From assembly GCA_021299385.1 (NCBI GenBank), contig JAJTGZ010000006.1, positions 9,926 to 73,925 on the forward strand: a stretch of 64,000 bases of DNA. The letters are read 5' to 3'. The notes below the pieces were generated by a model. It saw only the letters and a list, made by a program, of their open reading frames with translations. It did no database searches and was not told the origin of the DNA. Each line of letters opens with the position of its first letter. The stretch's first letter is position 1. Source of the DNA: Phycisphaeraceae bacterium (GTDB lineage: Bacteria; Planctomycetota; Phycisphaerae; Phycisphaerales; UBA1924). Shown here piece after piece: positions 63,704 to 64,000 of the stretch. Made by a program: the position numbers and the translations under genes.

Positions 63704-64000
63704 TTCACTTCTCTCTCTCCTCCAGCAGGGCGCTGGAAATCTCTCTGATTACACAGGAGCGAAGGGCGTGCCAACCCTGGTTCCGAGAATATCAATACCC
63801 ACAAACTCGTAAGAAATTCTTCACGCTCACGCTGTACCACTATGACAGGCTGTACCAAAGCGGCTGTCGCACAACGGCACTACAGCACAACGGCAGAGCC
63901 GCGCAGCGGGCACACCAGCGCGACGACTACTTCAGACCCCTCTCCTAGCGAGAGCGTCGAAGTGATGAGCGATCAGCCCTGAGAGCACAAAGGTGTGCGA

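Overview
This is a 64-kb window of a very GC-rich bacterial chromosome (about two-thirds G+C by eye). I support about 50 CDS, and most are housekeeping genes: PMM/PGM fragment, sdaA, gmk, mqnA, aat, icd-like, fmt/def, leuS, serS, rpe, pckA, elbB, ugd, mqnB, plsC, ftsK, trxA, mcsAB, feoAB, lpdA, hpf-ptsN-npr, cysQ-like, fcl, dnaE and ubiX. The futalosine pathway genes, the C-terminal 'ADDIIVFLNRFFAGC' dockerin-like anchors and the intergenic repeat families suggest a Planctomycetota (Phycisphaerae-like) genome, but that is inference only. I saw no rRNA, tRNA or CRISPR array. Many long ORFs in the six-frame track are antisense or overlapping artefacts of the high GC content and are not reported as genes. 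The main observations are: (1) leuS carries a roughly 269-codon in-frame insertion that encodes an apparently intact RAYT-type HUH tyrosine transposase domain, bracketed by 24-nt REP hairpins. (2) A 60-nt inverted doublet of the same REP sits in-frame inside dnaE. (3) A lower-GC islet between pckA and elbB encodes an MqsR-like / MqsA-like / SecB-like toxin-antitoxin-chaperone module with a palindromic promoter-operator. (4) A UPF0175/DUF3368 pair is translationally coupled to a P-loop NTPase with membrane helices inserted in the ATPase domain. (5) Three paralogous beta-propeller/Ig-like proteins with GC-terminal dockerin-like anchors form a cluster, and one has its anchor out of frame. (6) Several intergenic repeat families are present, including four perfect copies of a 34-nt hairpin/G-quadruplex-capable element.
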